A stretch of 64,000 nucleotides of DNA from Microbotryum violaceum (lineage: Eukaryota). The position numbers were made by a program, and so were the translations under genes. Under the pieces are notes generated by a model, which saw only the letters and a list, made by a program, of their open reading frames with translations, made no database searches and was not told where the DNA came from. This document shows, in pieces, positions 33,751 to 46,094 of the stretch; within the stretch, counting starts at the first letter, position 1; every line of letters begins with the position of its first letter. The stretch spans positions 62,001-126,000 of the forward strand of contig CDLV01000020.1 of the NCBI GenBank assembly GCA_001244265.2, read 5' to 3'.

Positions 33751-35642
33751 ATGACGTCGACTCCTACGAGCTTGGTCGTGAGCCTCAAAAAGCAACTCTC
33801 CACCGCAGTCACCAAGGATCAACCACAGGTACTTCCAGTACCTCTCCTGCGCATCACTGGCCAGGATGCTGATCCTGTTATTCTGCCTCCACCCCTCGTT
33901 CATGCTCGTCTCGCTCCCACTACGCTCGTACGACGTTGTGGGGGAGCAATCTACGTGTGTAGGAGATCGCGTCGATCCTACAACAGCTCAAGAAACAAGT
34001 TATTGCAACCGAGGAACTCATCCGGGTACGTACCCAGCCTACGCATTGCACCTGGGCTCAGTAGACCCCGCTCGCTCATTCGTCTACCTCCGGCTCCGCG
34101 ACGACCCACAACAGGAAACCAAGATCGGAGTGACCGTCAACAAGCTCAAGTCCAACCCTAATAAAGCAGTCGCCGATTTGGCCCGTGAGATCGTCAAGAA
34201 ATGGAAGAACGACGTTGGAGTTGCTGCATCGTCGTCGTCAACGGGAGGGGCAGCCAAGAGTAAACCGCCGGTTTCGGGTGCAGGTGAGCGGATAGCTTCT
34301 GCCACGGGTTCAGGTGCTGAGCTGACATGTGTTGCGGATTTACGATCAGCTTCGAACGCGCCTTCTCCTTCCCCTGCACCCGCTTCACCCGCTGGACCGA
34401 TTCACAAGACCTCCACGAGCACGACCAAGCGACCTCCTCCCAGAACCATAACAGCGCCCAAGGAAGAACTCACAGCAGCTCCCACCACCACCACCACCAC
34501 CACCACTACCACTACTTCCACTTCCAAGACCTCTTCCACTCCCGTACCGAAACGAAAACAGTCCCTCAACAGTGCACCGAGAACCCATACGACCGATGGG
34601 TTGGACTTCGGTTCCGATGAATACAGCCTCAACGATAAGACGAGGGACAAGTGCGTCGAGATGATTTACGATGCCATGAGCTTCGATTCGGATGCACGTA
34701 CGTCAGGTACCAAAACACTGGCTTAGGGAAAATCGAGAGGAACCTGACCTTCTTTCTCGACGATCCCCACAGCGACGGACCTGATTTGTAAACGTGCGCA
34801 AGCGTTGGAACAACACGTACACATCAACGAGCCTTTGGCGGGGTACAGGGCAAAGATCCGGTCATTGTACCTCAACCTCAAGGCGGCGAACAACCCTTCG
34901 TTGCGCGAGGACGTGGTTTCGGGCGAGATCTCTGTCACGAGGTTGTACGGCATGTCCCCTGCTGTAAGTATCGAGCTTAGAGCGCAATCGACGTTGATGA
35001 GTGGGTGCTCATGCGAGGTTAATCTTCGTTCTCAGGAAATGGCCTCGGAGGAACAACAAGCGCTGAACCGCAAGTTGGCAGAGGAGAACCTCTTTAAAGC
35101 CCAAGGCGCAGCCCCTCAACAGGCCGAAACGGACGCGTTCCAATGCGGCAAGTGCAAGCAGCGGAGGACGATGTACTACCAGGTTCGTTTTCGGGAGGTT
35201 GATGGAATGAGCTTTTGGGGATTGGAAGATCGGGTTGAGCGAGGCTTCTTTCAACTGATGCAGGTGCTTTCGCTTCATCTCTTCGCTTCGCGCAGATGCA
35301 AACGCGGAGTGCGGATGAACCGATGACTACATTCGTGACGTGAGTTTTGCCGTCCGGTCGGTACTATGCTATAGTGAAGCGAGATACTGTTCTAATTTAA
35401 GACTTCCATCGCAACCCACAGCTGCCTCAAGTAAGCTTTACACCCTGGACCCACCGCCCCACCCTCCGCGCGATCTGATCCTGATGTCATGTGACTGACC
35501 CCCTTTCCTGCTCTCCGTATCCTCGATCTTGTTATGAACAGCTGCAACAAGTGAGCCGCATCAAATTTGATTTATACCGATGCACAACATGCTGACTGAC
35601 CCTATGATTCTATTCGTTCACAGCCGATGGAAGTTCTCCTAA
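33751..35642 (+). CDS. DST1: Transcription elongation factor TFIIS
   Basis: Contains ETKIGVTVNKLK..AREIVKKWK, RDKCVEMIYDA, YRAKIRSLYLNLK..NPSLREDV, ETDAFQCGKCKQ..YYQ|MQTRSADEPMTTFVT|CLN|CNN|RWKFS*. Confidence 0.97.
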
Positions 35643-36031
35643 CCATCCGAGTCCACCTCCACCACTCATCTCCGCCAACCCTGGATCCCCCGTGGCCTTC
35701 CCCGCGTCCTCGCTATCGCTCTTTCCCCTGACCCCCAATTCCAGAGTTCTGAAAGCCTCCCATCCTTTGCTTTGTTGTACACGTTGGACCCTCCTTTTCG
35801 TCGCGAGAAGGCGTGCACAGAAACCATCCCCCCTTCTTGTTTAGTAAAATTTTGAAGCTCTCTCTGTCCTGTGGTCGAACTTTTGGACGAGAGAGCAGAA
35901 GATGTTACACAAGTTCATAAATGGGTACAGAACGTCTGCTTGACTGGCAGGTCACAGAAAGAAAGACAATACCACACCTCAAGTGTGGGTGGGGGGGTAT
36001 GCACGTCCTTCCAATCCATGTACGAGCCTCC

Positions 36032-37555
36032 TCACCTCAACCCCAACCCCCTCCTCACAGCGGTGATCAAATTCGCCTTGGGATCATCCCCCTTCAAATC
36101 AAACATATTGACCCCCGCCAAACCTTGATTCTTGATCCAAGTCCCTTTCACTCTCGCCGTCGTCGGATCCTCCGTTTCGACCAACACTTTAGTCGAAGGA
36201 TTATAAAATCACCCTCGTTTGACTCGCTCGATCGACGACGGAGAAATTGAAACCTAAACTTCCTAAAGGGGTGAGATGACCTTGGTCGCTTAATTTGCGA
36301 TAGATGTATTGATTTGGTGTGGGAGTACCGATCCAATTCCCGCAGGTCGTGGTCGTGGATTTGGGTTGATAAGCGTAGGACGTGGATCCGTCGGGACATT
36401 TTTGGGGGAGTAGACCGTAGACCACGGTATAGGCGTACGAATAGGATGGGAACCCGATGAGGATTCGGTTCGCGGGGACTTTGAGACTCTTGTAGTGCTT
36501 CACGGCGGATTCGATCGAATAGGGGATATCACTGGGCGCGCACGATGAACTGAGCGGCGAATTTAGTCCGGTCGTTGAACTCCACGTGCCGAAAATATCG
36601 TACGTCATGATGGTCAGGTAATCGAACGAAGGGAGCCAACTCGTCAAATCGTTCAAAGGACCATTAGGCCCTTGTAGCCCCGTCGCAGGCACAGCGAGGG
36701 AAATGCGAGCCGAAGGCGCCAATTTGCGGATCGTTTGTAGCAGGCGGAGCAAATTGTCGGAATCACGTTTTTGGACCAGGTTGTCCCCGATCCCTTGGAC
36801 GCCGGGGAATTCCCAGTCAAGGTCGATGCCGTCGAAGCCGTATTGATTCATCGTGTTGACGAGCGTTTGCGCGAATACGGCACGGCTATTGGAGGCGTGT
36901 TGGGAGAAGTATCTGCGCGGTGCCAAAGACAGGGCCCGCCGCCAAGCCGCCGGGTGAGAGAGAGGTGGGGAGGGAGTGTACCGCGAGCCAACCGCGTCGA
37001 TCCAAGATTGAAGATTGGCCGGATGAGCGAAGGTCGTCGAACGGGTCAATCACGTGATCGAACACCCGAGATGCCCGTCCAGGCCCCTCGTGGAAGTCCC
37101 GAACACTTTAAAGCCCTTGAAATACCATCAAACAAATCACACAACTCACTTTGATCCCGTCCACCCACCGACCGTATACGAGACCTTGATCTTGGCCGCG
37201 TGGGCATGCGTCACAAAATCGGTCACGACCGACGAACTGATCCCGGCTCGACTGAGACTCGTTGGCGAGGCCGTGGTTTCAAAGTCGAAGTAGTTGAGGT
37301 GCGTGTAGCGTGAATAGGGGACTTCGGAGGGTAACATGTTTTAGCTGTTGGTTGGGGAAGGCAGGGTGTAATGCATCAGCTGATCGTTCAATGGCGACGT
37401 GAACTCGTCTCACGGCGCGGGCTCCTTGGGACTGGGACTCCCATCGTGACCCACGCAGCAAAGTAGGCCGACACTTCGGTCTTGCCAGAGAATCCTGGAT
37501 CAGCCAGAACTGAGCCGATCAACACGCCATAGTACACCAAGAGGAGACCCAACAT
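36032..37555 (-). CDS. Secreted glycoside hydrolase family 18 chitinase (multi-exon)
   Basis: Signal peptide MLGLLLVYYGVLIGSVLA, then YTHLNYF, SYTVGGWTGS, catalytic FDGIDLDWEFP, IMTYDIFG, ILIGFPSY and WIKNQGLAGVNMF. Confidence 0.93.
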
Positions 37556-39875
37556 CGTGTTGGGGTTGAGGCGAAAAATGAGGGAACGTGAGGCAGATGG
37601 GGTGGAAGGAGCTGAGAGGGAACTGAGGTGCAAGTGATCTGACGAACTGCGGTCTACCGCGCCCCACGCCGAAATCGACAGTTCTCGAACTTCGATCCCG
37701 CCTTGCGCTGGCAATTACATTTATGTTTATCCTAAAAAATTTTGTTAACTTTCTTGAATTAGGGTTTATTCAAATAACCTTATCTAAAATGCTTGTAAAT
37801 AACTATATTTACGAACCCACACGGTTATAAACCACAGTTTCCTAAGAACTGCTTTTTGATTGCATCAAAAAAGGCGTGTACTATCTAGAGAACCATCTGA
37901 ACAAACCGTACACAAAAGAATGGTTGTTAATAATATCACCATTAAAGATGATAATTTAGTTAACTTCTTAGTTGAAAAATTATTTCTGCTTCGAGAAGAC
38001 TCGAGCTCGCTCGCAGCTTTTCAATAGGCAGGCGTTTATAAAAGTGATCGGAGGACGGGCGAGGTCGCGCGCGCGCGGCGCATCGTTGGTAAATGAAACC
38101 GTTGGCAAATTTTGTTCTAGTCGATCGCCGCGCCTCGATGGCAATACACTTCCTGACAGACACGATATTGGTCCTGCCAGTCGGCACTTCGGTATGTCAA
38201 TACATTCAGTGACTGAACAGCGAGTGGAGAATCGCATGGTCAAGCGTTTGGAATTGTACAGCGTAGGGAATTACAATCCCCCCATTATCGGAGGAGTCCA
38301 CGACTTGGCACGCCCCCCCGTTGGGCGATGCCTTGGCATCGGGGTGAGTCGCCGCCAGTGACCGGTGACCGGTGACCACCAAAAGGAAGTGCTGCGCACG
38401 CCTTCCACGCTCATCCCGCATCTGACAAGTGACAAGACCACAGCTGTACGACAGGTAAGATAGATGTCTTTAAAACTGGAACGAAATGCGTCAGCAGAAT
38501 TGGTACAAATCCCATCTTTTACCTGACCACTGGCCCAGTTCAACGAAACCCCTTTCTGATCCAAGAAGAGAAGACGCACGTCGTTCACTTGTCCAGGGGG
38601 ACCCGCTCTCTCTCTCTCGATCTTGTCTTTGGACTTACTCCGCGACGGGTCTTCTCTTCAAGTACTGCTTTGCGGGCGCCGTCGCATACGTTGCTCGTTC
38701 CTTCGCCACATCATCATGCTTAAGATCATTCACACCATCACCGTCCTCGCCATCATGGGAAGGACCATTCTCGGCGATCCAGGTCTTCCTGGCGATTGGT
38801 CATTGTAGCGAGCGCCTCGAAAAGGAGTGCCGGACATCAGCTCACTGTCTCTGCTAGAATCGCGTGAACTACAGAAACGAAAGATTTTTCCTGCTATTTG
38901 TTCGACGTTCGACGTTCGACAACCCCCAGGCCGAACCTGTCCCACCCCTGAGCTCCTGAGTTCAACCCGAAGTTCAGCGAGAACGCGAAGCCGAGCGGAA
39001 GGACGCCGGTCTCCGACAGGTTTTTGAGGGTGCCCATGTTGTATTGCTAACCTCACCACCGTCATAAGTGCCGCCTAAGGAGGACGTCTCGTGCGCCATC
39101 AACTTATACCGCGATGGAAAGCTCCCGACATCCGGCTACGAGATCTTTCAGTCGGTCACGTGCGGGACGAGCGTGGGCGGGTCATGCAAGTTCAATTCAT
39201 TTGGAACATAGGACGGCACTGCACCTAAGTTTTTGTTTATATCGGACTCACTCAGGTCATTTCCGATATTCGGCTTTTCATAGGATCTGGCGGGCGAACT
39301 CGGCCGGCCACCAGTCTCCATTCTCTCCTCGCAGAACCAGTAGAGTACTTGGATTTCAGAGCGTCCCGAGTCGGATCAAATATACTCCCTGGTCGCTCTA
39401 CAAAACTGGTGGACACAAGGCCGAAGTCGGCGCTACAAGTTGCCCGACGGCCCCGGCTCAGCCGGCGGCGTATCGGCGCTGCCAACGAACACCAGCCCTT
39501 TCGCGAGGTTTCAGACTGTCTCGGATCGCTGCAGCTTGGTGACGCTCAGACTCGTCGCATCACGCGAAGTCATGTGGAACATAATACAGGTGTTACGTTT
39601 GGCATCATGCCTCTATTTTTTATTCCCCACGTTGGGAACCAGTCAGATATCGCCCCCACGTTTCAAGGCTCCGAGCCGTGAGCCCGCGCTGATTAGTAAG
39701 GATCGACGGCGTGTTCGGTCTGTTCGATTCAGGAGGTGTGTCTCGCTCACCTCAGCGCAACGTGGTGCAGCCTTCGCAACTGCCGCGACATCTTGTCTTG
39801 GCGTTTGCTCGTAGGGACACCTCGTATCACGCCTTAAGCAGCCACCAGCAAGTCACCGAACCCGACGACGAGGCC

Positions 39876-41611
39876 ATGTCAGCTTCATCCAGTGAAAAGA
39901 GGCGAAGCCAGTTCATTCATGTGTCCACCCCAAGCTATGGCGGTTCAAATGGCGCGGTGCCACCTCTACCATTCCTTCCCCTCCCACCCGAAGAGCCTCC
40001 TAAGTCGACGACGGCCATCTACGCTGCGACTCCCTTACAGCCGCAGCGACAACCGTCGCAAGGGTATGTTCCTGGATCCTTGCCCGCTCGATTGGGGAGG
40101 TCCTTCAGTCCTCCGACGTCCCCGACGCCTACGTTTCCTTACACGCCGACGGTGACCCCGCCGGTGAGCTCATACGGTGGTCATCCTGGACCGCGAACCT
40201 TCGAGCCACCGGAACCTACGCCTTCGTTAAGAAGAGTCAATTCTTCCGATCATGTCGATTTGCAAGAGCTTTCGCAACTACATCACCAACCTTCGGCAGG
40301 GACGCTCTCCTCTCGTCCCGGACAATCATTTAGCACGAGCGCGACGAATCGACGCCCTTCCCCCGCGATGACCACGTCTTCCACTCGGCAATATCGCGAT
40401 CAACCTAGTATGACATCCCTTTCCTCGAGGGATACGCATCGGACGTGGTCCTCGGCTTATTCGACCTTGCAGCAGTATCAAGATCGAACGGATGATTCAG
40501 AGACCATCATGATGAACCACTTGTCGAGGTTTTCGGGGACGACTTCGATCGCGATTGATAATGGACCGGTTCCGGCGATGCCTTCGAATCCGACGAGATT
40601 CGGATCCCGAGCGCGGAATCAGAGTGGGAGTGAATCGGCTTCGGCGCAGACGTTGGAGAGGGATGAGAGACACGATGGAGTCGCGTCGACTTCTCGGGAA
40701 CTTTTGAGCGCGGCACCGTTGAGTTTCCACCCCCCTTTCCTACCTTGGGTGATACAGTCTTGTGTTTTCGGTACTGATCTTGACGATATTTTGATGATTG
40801 TAGAACGAGCGCACAGTCGGTTGTAGGGTCAAAAGCTGAAAGGCGAGGAGGTCCACCTAGGTGTTGTTGGGTCTGCGTGGTCCTGTTCGTTGTGTTGGCC
40901 CTCGCCGCGTAAGTAGAAGAGTCATTCCTTTAGAACTATCGGCCTGAAAGCGTGAACGGGACTGACAATAGCATCTGGTATTTCAGTACTGCGACGGCGC
41001 TAGGATGGTATTACGCCATCTACAAAAAGCATTCATCTCCGTCCCTTATTTCAACCGATTCGGGTTCGAAGAACGTCTCGGGAAACTCAGGCAAGTCCGA
41101 CGATCCGCTTAAAATCTCACGAAAGAGTCCACCCCGGATTCTAGTTCTTTTGCCCTTCCGAGCTTTCGCTCAACATGATCCTAGGACCCTGGAGCAGCTT
41201 CACCCCCTTTCGCACCGGTTTCCCCTCCCCCTCGACCTGGTGGGAACTCGCCGACGAAAATTCCCGGTCCCTTGAACACGCCTGCACCACCACCCGGCAA
41301 TGGCGTGAAACAAGCTCCACAAACGACGAAGAACTCGACCAAGCTTGCTCGATCCCATATTGATGGAGGAGGGATGTCCGATTTGGTGGAGAGTCAAGAG
41401 GTGCGTATTTTGAAGATGGATGAAGGTCGTGGGTAGATTAGGAAAGCCGACTTGATGGGTTCTTCAGTCGAACACGAAGATCGACAAGGCGCTGAACGAC
41501 GAACGAGTGAAGACGAAGAAGGGTGAGCAAGAGAAGACCGTCGTAGCCGCTGTGCTCAAGGGGCATCAAGGAGCGCATCAGCATCATCGGAAGTCGAAAG
41601 GCCGCGGATGA
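39876..41611 (+). CDS. Hypothetical single-pass membrane protein with Ser/Pro-rich N-terminus (multi-exon)
   Basis: A long S/P-rich first exon is followed by spliced exons encoding the hydrophobic segment CCWVCVVLFVVLALAA|ATALGWYYAIY and a Pro-rich/basic C-terminus ending HHRKSKGRG*. I recognise no family. Confidence 0.6.
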
Positions 41612-42604
41612 TCAGGGACAGTCAAGGAAATGCAGTCTTTCGTTTCATTGTTTATCATTTTGAGTTGAGTGTCGGGGGCAGAGATAAGTATTGAAAACTC
41701 TGGATCGAACCATCTATATTGATCCGCAATGGACCCAGCAGGTTCGCCGCCGAGGACACGCCCCGGAAGAGCCGGCTGCTGTGAGACCCCTTTCTTGGCC
41801 CAGATTGGCTCAGGGTTCGAGAAAAAATGCACGTGCTCTTTTCGGACTTGCAAGTTTCTCCTGCTATCTGATAATGCAAAAATAACAAAGTTTCATCAAG
41901 CTTGAAGCATCGCCTGTAGCAGATGTTGGTTGAATTAGTGGAGTGCCCCGGCCGAGCCGCTAACCGACGGAATTATATCGACGGTCCGGTCAGGCCGGTC
42001 AGGGTTGTGAAGCTCGGCCGGCGTATACGCGCGACCCTCCCTCGTACGGATAACATGAGTCCGTACCCAGTACGCGTTTCTTATGAAACCCTTCTGCAAA
42101 CCTCAGATTTTGGTACTCTGGAATCCATATGGTATGTAAAAACATTACAGCATCAGCTCACTAGCGGTTGCTAAGAATGGAGTAGATGTTAAGCATCCCC
42201 AAACAGTTGATTAACTGTCTGCAGTAGGTTTCATGATGACAATCTCAACTTCTTCTCGTGTCCACCGTGGAATCCGTATGATCCAGCACCGCGAGGCTAG
42301 CGGCAGTCGGCCCAATTTTGGCCTACCCTGAGCAACCTTCGGCATGACTTTGGGCCCCTGCGGAAATCAAGAGCGGATCCGTGCGAAATCCCCATCCAAA
42401 AGGGCTGGCCGTGTACGTTGGCTTCGCTTTTGTTCGCTCGCCGTCATTCACATTATTACGCGAGGACAATACGATTCGACTCGGCGTGATAAGGCAACCG
42501 TCCAGAACATAAGATTGTAAAGCAGCTCTTAAAAGCTTCAAGCTCCGTTCTCCGCTTACTCGATCCATCTCATCGACTTCAACTTGGACCCCGACTCGGC
42601 AAGG

Positions 42605-43801
42605 ATGCTCTACCTGATCGGGCTTGGTCTTTCGGACGAGAAGGACGTCACTGTTCGAGGCTTGGAAGCCATCAAAAAGTCCGAACGGGTGTACCTTGAA
42701 GCTTATACCTCAATCCTCGGCGTGGGGAAAGAACGATTGGTCAGTTCCTCGGGAGTAATAGGTGGCCTGAGCCAGGGAGCGACGTGTATTGATGTCTGAG
42801 TTTTTGATTTTTGTTCATAGGAAGCTTTCTATGAGAAGGATATTATTGTTGCCGATAGGGATATGGTCGAGACCGAGTCGGATGCGATTCTTGAGCGGGC
42901 GAACGAGGTGGACGTTTCGTTCCTCGTCGTCGGTGATCCGTTTGGGTGAGTGCGAGAAGTATCTGAATTACATCGAGAGTATGGGGTCTCATTTGGACTT
43001 ACCCCCTCTGCAGAGCGACAACACATTCCGACTTGCTCCTGCGAGCCGAAGCGCTGTCAATCCCATACGTCGTGATCCACAATGCTTCGGTGATGAACGC
43101 CGTTGGAGCCGTCGGATTAGCGTTGTACAACTACGGTCAAACGATCTCGATCCCGTATTTCAACGAGAGTTGGCGACCGGATTCATGGCTCGATCGAATT
43201 CGGGAGAATCTGAGTTTGGATCTGCACACGTTGTGCTTGTTGGATATCAAGGTCAAGGAACAGAGTATTGAGAATCTCGCGAGGTCGGTCGTCGTCTGAA
43301 AGATCCGAGTTTAGCGGTGTCTCGAGAGCTGATGATGTGGTTGTCTCCGATGGGGACACTTTGATCGACAGGGGCCGCAAGATTTACGAACCTCCTCGCT
43401 TCATGTCGGTCCCGACCGCGATCGAGCAACTACTTTCCCTACTACCCCCTTCTCTCAATGGCAAGGACACTGCAACTGCAACTGCCTCCGACCCGGACCC
43501 GTCCATGACCGACGACCGCTCCCCGTTGACCCCGACCCCGACGCTCTCCCCCTGCCTCGACCCCTCTCAAACGCTGTGCATCTCTCTATCCCGCATCGGT
43601 GACCCATCCCAAACGTTCGTTTCGGGAACATTGGAAGAACTGTCCCATCTCGACGAGGACGCTTTCGGTGGTCCGTTGCATAGTTTGGTCATTGTGGGGA
43701 AGAGGTTTCATGCGCTGGAGAGGGATTTCGCGAGACGTTGGGCGGTCAATAAGGAGAGTTGGGATCGGGTCGCCAGGGAGGTATATGGAGTCAGGGATTA
43801 G
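42605..43801 (+). CDS. DPH5: Diphthine methyl ester synthase
   Basis: Contains [82 protein letters not shown] and [12 protein letters not shown]. Confidence 0.97.
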
Positions 43802-43998
43802 CATTAGTATTTTTTCGCAAAACTTGGAATTTACGAAAACTTTTCTCTCTCTGAGCGAGTTTTTGGATATGACGTCGAGATGATGGTCCGTGCGCGCCGT
43901 GCAAAAGACTTGCGAAGGTGAAGAAGCCCGTGCGAGTTGCCGATCAGTTTGCGGAGCGTTGCGCTCTGTTCATTCTGATTCCACATCCGCGTTCCACG

Positions 43999-45778
43999 AT
44001 GGCCAAAGCCAACAAGACACCCAAGGTTCCTGCTACCCCCGTGGCGGCTTCTTCGAATTGGAAGAATCTGCAGCAGGTCAGTGTACCTTTCATGTCGGCA
44101 GTCGGTCGTCAGCCGGCCCTTCGCAGCCGAGACCGGATCGGGCCCCCACTTGTGAAAATGAGCGTACTCATCACCCGTATCCCCTCACCAGATGCTGCAC
44201 CCAACCTCCTCAGCCGATCGATCGTCCAAGAAACGAGCCCGCGCCTGTTCCCCAAGTCAGATCAGCTCCAAAACGATCGTCGCCTCGCCTACGATCCCTC
44301 TCAATCGAGACAGCAAGGGCAAGGGCAGAGCAACAACACATGACCTCGAGGATGAGCATAATTTGGAGAGGAAGAGGTACGATAAAAAGACCAAGGGGAT
44401 GGTACCCGTGGAGGATCTGTTGCAGGGGAATGTCGCGGGGTGGCAAATGGAGTGAGTGGGGCGAGCAAACGCATTTACACGAGCTACAGGGTGGCCACAC
44501 GAGCTACATGGCGGCTGATGAACCTTCTCTCCGTCTTGGAAAAAAAAAAAAAAAAAGCGTGGGACAATACCTAGGTAGGTCCAAATACTCCTTCTCCTGC
44601 TCTGGCGACACCCACGACACCCAAGCTAACCTCATCATCAACTCAACCACCGCGCAGCAATCGATTGTGAAATGGTCGGCGTCGGACCCGAAGGCGTTGA
44701 ATCGACCTTGGCCCGCGTCTCGATCGTCAATTACCATGGTCACGTCACTTACGACTCGTTCGTCAAACCAAGGGAAAAGGTCACCGATTATAGGACTTGG
44801 GTCTCTGGTGTGAGGGAGCACGATCTTTTGAATGGTCAGTTCTCGGAGAACAAAGAGGCAAAGGTCCGGTGGCGGCTGATCATGGGTATCTCTGGGGTGT
44901 TTTTGACAGCTCCTACGTTCGCTGAGGTGATCAAGAACGTGTCGGAATTGATCAAAGGGAGGATTTTGATCGGGCATGCCATCTCGAACGATACCCAAGT
45001 CAGTCCCTATGCCGCTCCTCAACCTCAGATCACCTTGATCCCTGACCATTGCATTACCCCCACTCCTCCACTTTTCTAGGTCCTCCTCCTCTCCCACCCT
45101 CACCACCTCACACGCGACACCTCCAAATACGCCCCTCTCCAAGCTCTAGCACGAACGAAACGACCCTCTCTCAAAACGCTCTCCAAGCTCGTCCTCGGCG
45201 TCGACATTCAATCCGGTGAACATTCTTCCATCGACGATGCCCGAGCCACGATGGCCATCTATCGTTCCCAGAAATCAGCCTGGGAGGACGCGCTGAAGAC
45301 CAAGGCCAAACCTGTATTGGTGTATAGTACGACCGAACCTTTAAAGACGATCGAGAGGCAAGGTGGGATCGAGAGTGTACCCAAGAATGGGGCCAAAAAG
45401 GATCCGACGATGGTGAGGAAAGGGATGGGCCTCGCGCAGACGTTGAGGTTGGTTAGGGCGCAACAGCAGTTTGGTACGAGCCGTGGTGCGGGGGAGGATG
45501 GGGAGGGGTTCGGAGAGGTCGATCGGGATGTTTTGGAGGCGAGGCAGAGGAAGAAGGCCAAGATTGAGGAGGAGGATGGATTCGTACTGGGCTTCGATTA
45601 TACGCCTGCGCCTGTATCGGTACAAGTGACGAAAGCGACGACGGTCTCTTCGTCGAGGGATGAGGGTGCACCGTTCAAGAAGAAGATGAGAAAGGTTTCG
45701 AGTGGTGCGGGTGCCAAGAACGCGGGAGTGGACAGCGAGAAACGACCCAAGAGTAAGGATGGCTGGTGGGAGGATTAG
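43999..45778 (+). CDS. REX4: RNA exonuclease 4 (DEDDh)
   Basis: N-terminal SSNWK, then [62 protein letters not shown] and [14 protein letters not shown]. Confidence 0.95.
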
Positions 45779-46094
45779 TCTCGGTTGGCTGTAAGTCTGC
45801 AACTTGCTCAGGTGAAATTAAAGAGTCAGACGATCATGTATCATCTTGAAAGTCGCCCGGCAATCGAGAGAGAGAGAAAACGTTGCGCTGACACTTTCAA
45901 TTATGTCCATCGACCACTCGGACCCATGCTTCCAAGGTACACATAAAGGGAAGGACAAACCCAACACAAACAAACATACGGACAAGAAGGTGAACCAAAC
46001 AGAACGAACGAATTTGAAGGAAGCGAGAAGAAAACGTCAATGATATCAAAATAATAGTAGATCCCCTCAGGGGCTTCGTGTGTGCGAGGAAAGT

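Noticed and set aside
34483..34520. (ACC)n trinucleotide repeat
   Set aside because: It is an ordinary poly-Thr tract in the TFIIS linker.
37715..37985. AT-rich island upstream of the chitinase
   Set aside because: No termini, TSD or coding signal is visible. It could be promoter or an old decayed repeat, which cannot be supported from the sequence.
38270..39070. Possible small gene on the minus strand
   Set aside because: Only short interrupted frames with no recognisable family, and no consistent splice model could be built.
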